IMG/VR virus record: IMGVR_UViG_3300032167_000006
DNA: 64,000 bases
Strand: one strand, 5' to 3'
DNA from: a virus
Lineage: Duplodnaviria; Caudoviricetes
Below the pieces are notes generated by a model. The model was not told the origin of the DNA, searched no databases, and saw only the letters and a program-made list of their open reading frames with translations. The position numbers and the translations under genes are program-made. This document shows, one piece after another, positions 1 to 9,219 of this stretch (position 1 is the stretch's first letter; each line of letters opens with the position of its first letter).

Positions 1-408
1 GCAAAAGACTACGCAGATGGTCTTGCTGGTAACTACGATGCTGCTGGTTCAGCTGCTGATGCTCTCGCTGATGCTAAAGAGTACGCTGATGGTTTAAAGA
101 CAACTATCGATGCTGCTTATGCTGCTGCTGATACAGCTACACTTAACAGTGCTAAAGCTTATGCTGATGGTCTTGCTGGCAATTATGATGCTGCTGGTTC
201 GGCTGCTGATGCACTTCAGGATGCAAAAGACTACGCTGACGGTCTTGCTGGCAACTATGCTACAGCTGCACAGGGTACTAAGGCTGACACTGCACTTCAG
301 AAGATTGAAACAACTGCTAATGGTGGTCTCGTTGTAACTAATAATAATAAGATTGATATCGACGATACTGTTACATTCGTATTTGATTGTGGTAATGCTA
401 CCGTTTAA
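1..408 (+). CDS. 3' end of a repeat-rich fibre/decoration protein (partial, begins before the window)
   Basis: Frame 1 is open from base 1 to TAA at 406-408 (AKDYADGLAGNYDAAGSAADAL repeats, then AAQGTKADTALQ, ending FVFDCGNATV*). It is absent from the ORF track because it has no start. The track ORF 110..337 is an off-frame shadow. Confidence 0.75.
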   Translation, partial: AKDYADGLAGNYDAAGSAADALADAKEYADGLKTTIDAAYAAADTATLNSAKAYADGLAGNYDAAGSAADALQDAKDYADGLAGNYATAAQGTKADTALQKIETTANGGLVVTNNNKIDIDDTVTFVFDCGNATV

Positions 409-415
409 TAATATT

Positions 416-428
416 TACATTATATTAA
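416..428 (+). promoter_or_regulatory. Putative late promoter, TACA variant (TACA-ttatat-TAA)
   Basis: Matches the WACA-N6-TAA motif found ahead of most operons; 120-nt leader to ATG 547. Confidence 0.45.
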
Positions 429-430
429 AA

Positions 431-458
431 AAGAGGGATTATTAATTTAATCCCTCTT
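431..458 (+). terminator. Hairpin, 11-bp stem, TTAATT loop
   Basis: aagagggatta-ttaatt-taatccctctt after the stop at 408; only a weak U-tract, so it could be a 5' leader hairpin instead. Confidence 0.55.
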
Positions 459-481
459 ATCTATAAATTAGATATAAGATG

Positions 482-527
482 ATTTTGAAATGATAGATCG
501 TCTAGTTCTCCAAATTTTGAAATGATA
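482..527 (+). repeat. 14-bp direct repeat ATTTTGAAATGATA x2
   Basis: Identical copies at 482-495 and 514-527, just upstream of RBS AAGGAGG of ORF 547. Confidence 0.8.
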
Positions 528-546
528 AATTAAAGGAGGCATTAAA

Positions 547-783
547 ATGAAAAAAATAAAAGTCCGTATGAGCCAAAAACATGACACCGAAGCTAATTGG
601 TTAAAGGTGCCTACATTTATCCCTTCAGATGGAGAACTAATAATATACGACCCAGATGATAAAAATAAATATCCAAGAATGAAAGTTGGAGATAATAAGA
701 CTACTATAGTAAATCTTCCATTTATATCTGGTGCGGGTGAAATACTCTATAATGAAGATGGCGAAAAAATATTTCTAATGTAA
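547..783 (+). CDS. Small tail-fibre N-terminal-type adaptor (Mtd_N/hyaluronidase-N-like)
   Basis: QKHDTEANW...FIP..GELIIYD...RMKVGD.KT....LPF; paralogue of 1373..1681; RBS AAGGAGG. Confidence 0.65.
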   Translation: MKKIKVRMSQKHDTEANWLKVPTFIPSDGELIIYDPDDKNKYPRMKVGDNKTTIVNLPFISGAGEILYNEDGEKIFLM

Positions 784-852
784 TATTATTAGATGTATTT
801 ATATGGGATTTATATTTTAATAAATTTTATTCGCCTAGAAAGATATAAATTC

Positions 853-876
853 CCCTGTGAGAGCAATCTCACAGGG
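853..876. terminator. Hairpin between convergent genes, GCAA tetraloop
   Basis: ccctgtgaga-gcaa-tctcacaggg. Confidence 0.7.
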
Positions 877-884
877 ATTAATAT

Positions 885-1280
885 TTACTTTAATTCAGAA
901 TATAAATCTATTAGGATTTCTTTAAATCCATTAGCATATACAGTAATTTTTGGTTCAATATAAACGCTATAATCGTTTATTTCAATTATTTTTTTCATTG
1001 AGCTAAATATAGTGTATGAATTAGAGTTGTTATTATTTATAATATTATAACAAATAATATTTAAATTATTATCATCATCTACTTTATATTCTATTCTTGT
1101 CTCTTTTTCATCATAATCAAATTTTATATTAATTACTATATCAGTATTTAACTCATAAGAGTCTTGTAATGTAATTATAAATTTTGATTCTCTATCATTT
1201 CTAACTACTGCACTTTTTGATAAAATTTTTTTATATTTGTTATCTACGATAACATCACATGATATAGAAGTATGTTCCAT
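885..1280 (-). CDS. Hypothetical protein
   Basis: 131-aa ORF with RBS AAGGAGA; the only minus-strand gene inside the fibre cluster. Confidence 0.65.
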   Translation of the reverse strand: MEHTSISCDVIVDNKYKKILSKSAVVRNDRESKFIITLQDSYELNTDIVINIKFDYDEKETRIEYKVDDDNNLNIICYNIINNNNSNSYTIFSSMKKIIEINDYSVYIEPKITVYANGFKEILIDLYSELK

Positions 1281-1372
1281 ATTAAATATCTCCTTAAAAT
1301 TATTTTATCTTAAAGTATGTAATATTTTAAAAATTAATAAATAAAAATTCCTAAAAAGGAGGGATATAAATT

Positions 1373-1681
1373 ATGGCTGAAAAAACTATTAAAAGTAGAT
1401 CAATACAAAAGCATGATATTGAAGCTAATTGGATCAAAGCCACTAATTTTATACCTAAACAAGGCGAAATTATTGTTTATGATATTGAAGTAGACGCTAA
1501 TGGCAATAATTTGACTTTGCCATCTGGTAGAACTACTCCTTATACATATGAACGTTTTAAAATTGGTGATGGTAAAACTCTTGTAAGTTCATTACCTTTT
1601 GTTATGGAAAGTATCTCAGATGCTGAAATAGATGCTATTTGTGGTGCAACTATTTATGCAGCTAGCGAGGTGATCTTATAA
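1373..1681 (+). CDS. Small tail-fibre N-terminal-type adaptor (Mtd_N/hyaluronidase-N-like)
   Basis: QKHDIEANW..FIP..GEIIVYD...RFKIGDGKT..SLPF plus ISDAEIDAI tail; TAATG stop/start overlap with the next gene. Confidence 0.65.
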   Translation: MAEKTIKSRSIQKHDIEANWIKATNFIPKQGEIIVYDIEVDANGNNLTLPSGRTTPYTYERFKIGDGKTLVSSLPFVMESISDAEIDAICGATIYAASEVIL

Positions 1682-3945
1682 TGAGTGAATACGTTTTAAC
1701 GCCTCTATCTACTTTAAAAACAGTTGCAAATACTGTTAAAGAAATTGTCGGAGTTGATGAAATTCCGTTAACCAAGATTGACCAGACAGTTGCATCTGCT
1801 GTTACTAAACCACCAGAAATTTCTGTAAATTCATCTAATGGTTTAATTACAGCTACTGCTGGATCATCATCTACATATCAACTTGCATTTCAACCTGCTA
1901 AAACTATTACACCTGCAGCAACATCACAAACTGCTGTATCTTCTGGTTATTATACTGGTGGCGCAGTTACTGTTGAAGGTGATAGTAATTTAATTGCTGA
2001 TAATATTAAAAGTGGTGTTAGTATATTTGGTGTTAATGGAACTTATGAAGGTAGTGGTGGAGGTACGAACTCGGCAGATGAATTCATTACAAAAACTATA
2101 ACAAGTTATAGTGGCAATGTTTCTTATGTTGCCAGTCAAGCATTCTACGGTTGTACTAATCTTACAACGATAAATATGCCATATTGTACCGAAATTAGAA
2201 GTAATGCATTTCAATATTGTACAAAACTTACAGATATAAGCATACCAGTTTGTACTTCAATTGGCGGCGGAGCATTTTATCAGTGTTTAAATCTTACAAC
2301 TGTAAGTTTTCCGGCATGTACTTTGATTGGATATAGTGCATTTGCTTCTTGTTCAAATCTTACAACTATAAATCTTCCAACATGTAGGACAATTAGTGGT
2401 TATGCATTTGCTTCTTGTTCAAATCTTACTAATGTAAGTTTACCAGTTTGTACTAATATTAGTAATAATGCATTTCAATATTGTAAAAGTTTAACAGTAA
2501 TAGATTTGCCTAATTGCGAACATTTTGATTCTCGTGCATTTTTAGGTTGTACTGGTTTAACTAGTATAAGCATACCAGTTGCCCGTGGTTTTGGATATAG
2601 TGCATTTCAAGGTTGTACAGGTTTAACAAGTATAAATCTACCTGCTTGTACAGGTTTAACTAAGTATGTATTTATGAATTGTACAAACCTTTCAACAATA
2701 AATATGCCTAATTGTACAGTAATATGGGATTATGCATTTTCTTCTTGTTTAGCTCTTACTAGTATGCATTTTAAAAAATATATAGGCATATGTTCTAATG
2801 CATTTTTAAATTGCGCTAATCTATCTCAAATATACTTAGAACATTCAACAATATGTGGCTTATCTAATTCAAATGCGTTTACAAATACTATGATTACATC
2901 CACTACAGGTTCAATATTTGTACCACCATTATTAGTAGATACATATAAATCTGCAACAAACTGGGCGTATTTTTCAAATATAATATTTGTTATGCATGGA
3001 TTATATGACATAACTGAGAATACAATTTTAGTTAATAATACTAAAAACTTCACTATAACTACTGTATTTGATAGTATTCCAACGAATATTTCTATTACAC
3101 CTTTAACTAATGAGTGTATATCTATATCTAATATACAAGCAAATACATCTAATATTACTTTTGATATAACATCTTATAATATTGAAGGAGAAGTAGAAAT
3201 TGAAGTATGTGCTACTGAAAATGAAGAAATTTATAAAGATATTTTTACTATACAAATATTTAATCCTATTGGTAATTTAAATGAAAAAATAAATCCAAAT
3301 TCTACTAAAATAATTAATATACCATTAAATTGTAATGGCATTACTCCAGATGATGTAAGTGTTATTTCAAATGATAATAGCTTACTTACAATATCTGATA
3401 TTGTATACGATGCAGAAAATATTACTTTCCATATAACTTCTTATAATACAAAGGTGGGCGACAATATAGGAATTGATGTGTCTATTGTTTACAATGGTCG
3501 TATTTATAATAAAGCACTAACAATAGCAGCAGTGAATGAACCATATTATTTTATTGAAGATTTAGGTGATACTTATGGATTTATTATGAATTCTAATGGA
3601 TATTATGTAAGTAATAATAAAGGAATTTCTAGATCTTACGCATTATGCAAGCTAAAAATTTTCGCTCCATATGATTGTACAATGTATCTTGATTGCATTA
3701 ATTCAGGAGAAAATGATTATGATTATGGTATATTATCTAATCTTAATACCGAGTTATCATCATCACATTCAGCAGACAGTACTTCAAATGTTTATAAATC
3801 ATTTAAAGGTTTATCAAGCACAAGTATACAGACAATATCTTATGCAATACCTGCTGGCGAACATTTTATTTATATAAAATTTATAAAAGACGGTAGTGGT
3901 AATAATAACTATGATTCATTACAATTTAAAGTAAGATTTGAATAA
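1681..3945 (+). CDS. BspA-type leucine-rich-repeat (LRR_5) fibre/adhesin protein
   Basis: About ten 22-aa repeats AFxxCxxLTxIxLPxCTxI capped by IFVP..VDTYKSATNW; N-terminal KTITP...VSSGYY..G.VTV.GD fibre motif; C-terminal beta-rich domains. Confidence 0.8.
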   Translation: MSEYVLTPLSTLKTVANTVKEIVGVDEIPLTKIDQTVASAVTKPPEISVNSSNGLITATAGSSSTYQLAFQPAKTITPAATSQTAVSSGYYTGGAVTVEGDSNLIADNIKSGVSIFGVNGTYEGSGGGTNSADEFITKTITSYSGNVSYVASQAFYGCTNLTTINMPYCTEIRSNAFQYCTKLTDISIPVCTSIGGGAFYQCLNLTTVSFPACTLIGYSAFASCSNLTTINLPTCRTISGYAFASCSNLTNVSLPVCTNISNNAFQYCKSLTVIDLPNCEHFDSRAFLGCTGLTSISIPVARGFGYSAFQGCTGLTSINLPACTGLTKYVFMNCTNLSTINMPNCTVIWDYAFSSCLALTSMHFKKYIGICSNAFLNCANLSQIYLEHSTICGLSNSNAFTNTMITSTTGSIFVPPLLVDTYKSATNWAYFSNIIFVMHGLYDITENTILVNNTKNFTITTVFDSIPTNISITPLTNECISISNIQANTSNITFDITSYNIEGEVEIEVCATENEEIYKDIFTIQIFNPIGNLNEKINPNSTKIINIPLNCNGITPDDVSVISNDNSLLTISDIVYDAENITFHITSYNTKVGDNIGIDVSIVYNGRIYNKALTIAAVNEPYYFIEDLGDTYGFIMNSNGYYVSNNKGISRSYALCKLKIFAPYDCTMYLDCINSGENDYDYGILSNLNTELSSSHSADSTSNVYKSFKGLSSTSIQTISYAIPAGEHFIYIKFIKDGSGNNNYDSLQFKVRFE

Positions 3946-3983
3946 ATTACTGTTTTAAAACGGAACAAAAGGAGAAAACAAAA

Positions 3984-4964
3984 ATGAAATTACAAATATT
4001 AATCCCTCAATATAAAGAGACAGAAGATATAATCAAATCTCTTCTCGATAGTATTGAGGTTCAACAAAATATAGATTTAAAAAATGATATTGGCGTTATT
4101 ATCGTCAATGATGGCACCGATATTCATCTTAGCCAAGAATTCTTTAAAAGATACTCATTTCCAATAGAGTATCATCTTAACGAGCATAAAGGTGTTTCAG
4201 CAACTCGTAATGCTTGTCTTGACCATGCAACAGCAGATTATGTTATGTTCTGTGATGCTGATGATATGTTCTACAATGCTTGTGGAATGTATATCATATT
4301 CCGTGAAATAGACAATGGTGGCTTTGATAGTTTAGTATCTGCTTTTATTGAAGAGTCACGCATTCCAGAAACAAAAGAGGTAGTATATATTAATCACGAT
4401 ATGGATTCTACCTTTGTTCATGGTAAGGTTCATCGTAGACAATATCTTATTGATAATAATATTAGATGGAATGATAATCTTACAATTCACGAAGACAGTT
4501 ATTTCAACTGCCTATGCCAACGCTTGGCACGAGAATTAAAATACTCTCAAACATCATTCTATCTTTGGAAATGGCGTGATGCTTCAGTATGTCGCCATGA
4601 CCCCAAGTATATTTTAAAAACTTACAATAATATGCTTGATAGTAACGATGCTTTGGTCGAACAGTTCCTAAATCGTCGCAGAAAAGAAGATGCTATGTTT
4701 TATGCAGTCGGCATGATTTATGATGCTTATTTTACTATGAATAAAGATGAGTGGTTAAATCAAGAGAATAAAGATTATCGCTATGCTACAGAAAAACGCT
4801 TTAAAGAATATTGGTTGAAATATAAAACCTTGCACGATGAAATTCCTAAAGATGTAAAAACACAGATTATTATGGGAATTAAAAATCGTATGTATGGTGA
4901 AGGTATGGTATTAGAAACACTTACCTTTAATGAATGGATTAAACAAGTGGAGGCAATGGTATGA
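3984..4964 (+). CDS. Glycosyltransferase family 2 (GT-A fold)
   Basis: ILIPQYK, IIVNDG, GVSATRN, YVMFCDADD (DxD), HGKVHRR, HED. Confidence 0.9.
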   Translation: MKLQILIPQYKETEDIIKSLLDSIEVQQNIDLKNDIGVIIVNDGTDIHLSQEFFKRYSFPIEYHLNEHKGVSATRNACLDHATADYVMFCDADDMFYNACGMYIIFREIDNGGFDSLVSAFIEESRIPETKEVVYINHDMDSTFVHGKVHRRQYLIDNNIRWNDNLTIHEDSYFNCLCQRLARELKYSQTSFYLWKWRDASVCRHDPKYILKTYNNMLDSNDALVEQFLNRRRKEDAMFYAVGMIYDAYFTMNKDEWLNQENKDYRYATEKRFKEYWLKYKTLHDEIPKDVKTQIIMGIKNRMYGEGMVLETLTFNEWIKQVEAMV

Positions 4965-5194
4965 TAATAACTGAATCTTTAAATGATGGCGCTTTAATTA
5001 AACACTATAGTGATTCTGGATTTATGCTATTACAGAATGAAACTGGGGTAAAATATTCAGATCCTATAGATATTGTTCCTTGTCCTTATACATATACAGA
5101 AACAAATGAAAAAGTAGAATCTGAAGAAATAACAGATTCTAATGAAGAAATCACCGGTGATGAATTTCTTGATATGATTAAGGAGGTATTATAA
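4961..5194 (+). CDS. Small acidic phage protein
   Basis: HYSDSGFMLLQNETGVKYSDPID..PCPYTYTET; ATGA overlap with the GT gene and TAATG overlap with the next gene. Confidence 0.7.
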   Translation: MIITESLNDGALIKHYSDSGFMLLQNETGVKYSDPIDIVPCPYTYTETNEKVESEEITDSNEEITGDEFLDMIKEVL

Positions 5195-5586
5195 TGAAAA
5201 GAAGTGAAGCTAGAGCTTTTATAGATTCTTTAATTAATTTAAGAACCTCTGCAACAGATGCACAAGCTACTAATGCGCCTGCTGTATATCCTGAGTGGAA
5301 AACAGAAGTTGAGTATGCTGTTAATGATAGAGTTTTATATAATGATATTTTATATAAAGTTATTACTGCACATACTTCACAAGAAACTTGGACACCTGAT
5401 ACAGCAGTTAGTTTATTTGCAAAAGTTCTTATTCCTAATAATAATATTACTCCTGCATGGGAACAGCCTAATAGCACCAATCCTTATATGAATGGGGATA
5501 AAGTTACTCACAAAGATAAGACTTGGGTTTCTACAATAGATAACAATGTTTGGGAACCAGGTGTTTATGGCTGGAAAGAAGTATAA
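5194..5586 (+). CDS. CBM5/12 (chitin-binding-like) carbohydrate-binding protein
   Basis: Two repeats PEW....Y..ND.V.YN..LYK....HTS and PAW....Y..GDKVTH....W.S....NVWEPG...W. Confidence 0.75.
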   Translation: MKRSEARAFIDSLINLRTSATDAQATNAPAVYPEWKTEVEYAVNDRVLYNDILYKVITAHTSQETWTPDTAVSLFAKVLIPNNNITPAWEQPNSTNPYMNGDKVTHKDKTWVSTIDNNVWEPGVYGWKEV

Positions 5587-5631
5587 ATTTTAAATATAAT
5601 TCATCTTTAAATAAAGGAGGAATTAAAAAAT

Positions 5632-5826
5632 ATGTCTTTTTTAAATAAACAAGGCGTAGAACGACTATGGCAACATATAATTCTTAAACTTGGAAATAAA
5701 GTAGATAAAGTTGAAGGTAAGGGTTTATCTACAGAAGACTTTACTACAGAAGAAAAAACTAAATTAAGTAACCTCACTGAAGGCCAAATAAAAACAATAG
5801 ATGGTCAATCAGTATTTTTAATGTGA
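5632..5826 (+). CDS. Small fibre adaptor protein
   Basis: FLNKQGVERLW and KVDKVEGKGLSTEDFTTEEKTKL (shared with 5861..6736); RBS AAGGAGG. Confidence 0.65.
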   Translation: MSFLNKQGVERLWQHIILKLGNKVDKVEGKGLSTEDFTTEEKTKLSNLTEGQIKTIDGQSVFLM

Positions 5827-5860
5827 TAAAATAAAACTTTATAAAGGAGGTTAATCCTAT

Positions 5861-6736
5861 ATGGGACAACATAGAGTCGTATTGGCAAAGCAAATTAATG
5901 GACAGATAGAATATCTGTATCCAAAAACTTATGCCGATCAAATTATATTTAGCGATACAGATACAACAACTGTTAAAACTAAAATAGATGGTATTTTAGG
6001 TAATATTGCTAATCTTATCACTGCTGATACCAATATGCAAAAAGCTATTGATGAAAAAGTAGATAAGATTACTGGTAAGGGTTTATCTACTAACGATTAT
6101 ACAAATGATGAAAAAACTAAATTAGCTGGTATAGCAGCTGGAGCTAATAAAACTGTAGTAGATACAGAATTAAAATCAGATTCTACAAACCCTGTACAGA
6201 ATAAAGTAATAGCTGCAGCAATTGCTGAATTAGCTGATGATCCTGATGTTTATGTACAGAATGATGAACCTACAGATGCTGAAGATGGTTCTATCTGGAT
6301 TGATTTAGATGGTGAAGAATCTATAGGTTTAAATAATAAAATCGATATGCCTACAGATGAAACTGGCACTATATTAAAAGGTAGTGAGGGTCAAGTATTA
6401 CAGGCTAATGGCGATGGTACAACTTCATGGGTTGATTATGTGCCTGCAGCAGTAGCTACAATAGACCTTAAAGGTGGTATAGATAACTGGACAGAATATC
6501 CTGTAGAAGGTTCAACTGCAACTCGTTACGGTCAGGTAGTTACAGTAAAAAATGCTACAATCACTCCAAATAGCTCAGTTGATTTACGTATCGACTCTGA
6601 GCAAGTAGCAATCTTTCATGAAAAATGTCTTGCTTTTGTTGCTGAAAATGAAGATGGAATAGTTACAGTATTTTGTGTTGGTCAAATTCCTCAAAATGAT
6701 TACACTATCCAAGTTAAAGTTACTGAAGTGGCATAA
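5861..6736 (+). CDS. Fibre/appendage protein
   Basis: LYPKTYADQI, KVDK.TGKGLSTNDYT..EK.KL, VDTEL..DSTNPVQNKVI, YVQNDEP..AEDGSIWID: motifs typical of phage fibre proteins. Confidence 0.7.
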   Translation: MGQHRVVLAKQINGQIEYLYPKTYADQIIFSDTDTTTVKTKIDGILGNIANLITADTNMQKAIDEKVDKITGKGLSTNDYTNDEKTKLAGIAAGANKTVVDTELKSDSTNPVQNKVIAAAIAELADDPDVYVQNDEPTDAEDGSIWIDLDGEESIGLNNKIDMPTDETGTILKGSEGQVLQANGDGTTSWVDYVPAAVATIDLKGGIDNWTEYPVEGSTATRYGQVVTVKNATITPNSSVDLRIDSEQVAIFHEKCLAFVAENEDGIVTVFCVGQIPQNDYTIQVKVTEVA

Positions 6737-6754
6737 TAAAAAGGAGGATTTATA

Positions 6755-7006
6755 ATGGCTATTTTAAAAGTAAAAAATAATGGTGCATGGGATAATATAT
6801 TAGGAGTAGATACCTCCAATTTTGCAACTAAAATTCCAAAGTCTGCAGATAATAACGAACTTGATTTAAAAGATGTATATGATAAAATCCCAGTCATAGC
6901 ACAAAATACTGTTAATCAAGCAGTATCAAATAGCACTTTTAGACTTAAGATCACTTATGATGACGGTACAGTTAAGCAGATTAAAGTGTTAGGAGCTGAA
7001 GTATAA
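6755..7006 (+). CDS. Small fibre adaptor protein
   Basis: N-terminus MAILKVK resembles 16496; C-terminus LKITYDDGT...EV* resembles 12130; RBS AGGAGG. Confidence 0.65.
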   Translation: MAILKVKNNGAWDNILGVDTSNFATKIPKSADNNELDLKDVYDKIPVIAQNTVNQAVSNSTFRLKITYDDGTVKQIKVLGAEV

Positions 7007-7842
7007 TGGCTGAAATTACTAATTTCGAAATTGTTGGTTCTAATAAATCAATAGCTAAAGTTGAAGCTTCTTTAGATAATGGTAGAACTTATGGAACTAT
7101 TTGGGAAGCTGTTCAGCATACTTATACTTTGGTCCCAACAGAAGCAACTGATGTAAATGGTGATGGAACACAATATGCTTTAGAATATACTGCTACTGTT
7201 GAAAATATTGATAACTACTGGAATATTTATACACCTTTTGTTTTATATGAAGATGGTGTGGAAGTAGATACTAGTGATCTAGAACTTGAAGTAGAAGGTA
7301 AATTACCAATTATTCATCCAGATGGTTATTCAAATTATTTCGGTTATGTACCACCGGTAGGTGAATCGTATGTGTATGATGATATGTATTATATCGAAAT
7401 TGAATACAAAGGCAAAACTATCAGATCCAATCCAATACAGATACAAATAAATGCTCCAATTGAGCTCTTATCAAGAGACGTATCTATTATTGGTAGTAGT
7501 ATAAACTTAGAATATGATAGCTATGGATATGTATCTGAAACTTATGTAACACATGTAGCTACATATGAAAACATAGATTCTGATATGGAAATTTATTTCA
7601 AAGGAACAGAAGATGAAAATATGGATGGTATAACCATTGAAGATAGTGATGGTCATACTAGTATTCAGAGATGCTATCCATACGAATATATATCAGATAC
7701 AGAATGCAAATGGAAACTTTTATTAAAGCATGATGGTTATTATGAAGGAACAGATTCTGTTAGCCGTGAAATAATTGTAAATATCCCATCATCTTCAACT
7801 TATAAATCAGTTACATTAATTATTAATGAATCTATATATTAA
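7006..7842 (+). CDS. Acidic beta-rich putative appendage protein
   Basis: 278-aa ORF, translationally coupled (TAATG) to 6755..7006. Confidence 0.6.
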   Translation: MAEITNFEIVGSNKSIAKVEASLDNGRTYGTIWEAVQHTYTLVPTEATDVNGDGTQYALEYTATVENIDNYWNIYTPFVLYEDGVEVDTSDLELEVEGKLPIIHPDGYSNYFGYVPPVGESYVYDDMYYIEIEYKGKTIRSNPIQIQINAPIELLSRDVSIIGSSINLEYDSYGYVSETYVTHVATYENIDSDMEIYFKGTEDENMDGITIEDSDGHTSIQRCYPYEYISDTECKWKLLLKHDGYYEGTDSVSREIIVNIPSSSTYKSVTLIINESIY

Positions 7843-7875
7843 ATTAATTAAGACTATAAAGGAGGTTAACTCTAT

Positions 7876-8712
7876 ATGGCTAAGATTATTGGTAATATAG
7901 TCGGTGTTCCTAACCCTATATCTGACTGGAATGAAACCGACGAGAATAAAGCAAGTTTTATTAAAAACAAACCGAATCTTAATTATTCAAATAGCGATCC
8001 TCTGCTTAAAGATGTCGGAGGAATTTTAGCAAATAATCATAAAGATGGATTTGATAATGTACCGATTAGTGATCTTATAACAGAATTATTATACCCATAT
8101 ACAAAACCTGTTATTAATTCATTCTCTTTAAATCCTGCTGACGGTGCTAAAGAAAAGAATGTTTCGTTAACTGTTAAATCAGCTACAGTTAAAGTAACCA
8201 AAAAGACTAAAGCAATTCAGTCAGTCAGTTTATATAAAGGCACTGCATTAGTAGAGACCAAAACTGATACTATAACTTCAGCTGGAACTACTCTTACATT
8301 TAATATCAATGAAACATTGAATGGTACGGCTGATTCAGTTTCATATACAGTAAAAGTATTAGAGGCCGGAGAAACTACTCCTGCTGTAACATCTACAAAA
8401 ACTTATAATTTTGTATATCCATATTTATATGGAGTTGTTGCAAATGGAGCTTCAATTACTGCGGATCTTATATCAAAATTTACAGCAAAAGGTATTCGTG
8501 TTAAAGGTAATCATTCTTATGAATATACTACAAATAACACTTGTCCTGTAATTGCATATCCTAAATCATATGGTACATTAAGCTCAATTATAGATCCAAA
8601 TAACTTTACACAAGATTGGGCACAACACATCGTTACAATTTCTGGTGTAGAATATTATGTATACGTTGGTGGCGCTGCCACTGCAACTGCCGCATATACA
8701 TTTAATTATTAA
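7876..8712 (+). CDS. Fibre-associated Ig-like protein
   Basis: SDWNETD...FIKNKP linker, LLYPY.KP.I.SF motif, C-terminal IAYPKSYG.L; partly similar to 30806..31690. Confidence 0.65.
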   Translation: MAKIIGNIVGVPNPISDWNETDENKASFIKNKPNLNYSNSDPLLKDVGGILANNHKDGFDNVPISDLITELLYPYTKPVINSFSLNPADGAKEKNVSLTVKSATVKVTKKTKAIQSVSLYKGTALVETKTDTITSAGTTLTFNINETLNGTADSVSYTVKVLEAGETTPAVTSTKTYNFVYPYLYGVVANGASITADLISKFTAKGIRVKGNHSYEYTTNNTCPVIAYPKSYGTLSSIIDPNNFTQDWAQHIVTISGVEYYVYVGGAATATAAYTFNY

Positions 8713-8728
8713 TAGGAGGTAAAATATA

Positions 8729-9199
8729 ATGGGAAAAATATATAATAACCTCATAAATACAACTGCTGGCTTTAAATATAACGCTCAACAGCCATTAGAT
8801 GATAGAGAAGTTGTTCAAAGCTTTTCAGATTTAGCAGGACTTATATCTGCTAATACTGCATATGAAGGTATGAAAGTCTACGTGGTAGATGATAAAAAAT
8901 CATATGAATTAATAAATACAGAATGGAAAGCTTTAGCAACAGAAGATTATGTGAATACTGTAATTGGTAATTTAGACTTGGGTGATGGTACTAGTGGGGC
9001 TGTTGTAAATTCTGTATTATATACAGAGCAATCTTTAACAGAACCTCAGAAAGCTCAAGCTAGAACTAATATCGGTATTACTTTAGCTACTGATGAAGAT
9101 GTATTAGAAATATTATCTGTTATTGGTGCTGTAATACCAGTGACAACTTCTGATGGTAAAATATTAACAAGCAATACTGGAGCAATATACACTTTATAA
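8729..9199 (+). CDS. Fibre adaptor protein
   Basis: PLDDREVV...AYEGMKVYV...YEL domain and QSLTEPQKAQARTNIG motif. Confidence 0.65.
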   Translation: MGKIYNNLINTTAGFKYNAQQPLDDREVVQSFSDLAGLISANTAYEGMKVYVVDDKKSYELINTEWKALATEDYVNTVIGNLDLGDGTSGAVVNSVLYTEQSLTEPQKAQARTNIGITLATDEDVLEILSVIGAVIPVTTSDGKILTSNTGAIYTL

Positions 9200-9219
9200 T
9201 TTTTTAAGGAGAAACAAAA

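Noticed and set aside
110-337. Leu/Met-rich 75-aa ORF
   Set aside because: Off-frame shadow of the real frame-1 gene ending at 408; no RBS
482-527. Direct repeat containing TTGAAAT as a possible mini CRISPR array
   Set aside because: Only two 14-bp copies with an 18-bp gap; too short, and no cas genes
1310-1321. Late promoter for minus-strand gene 885..1280
   Set aside because: Spacing is TACA-N5-TAA, one base short of the consensus
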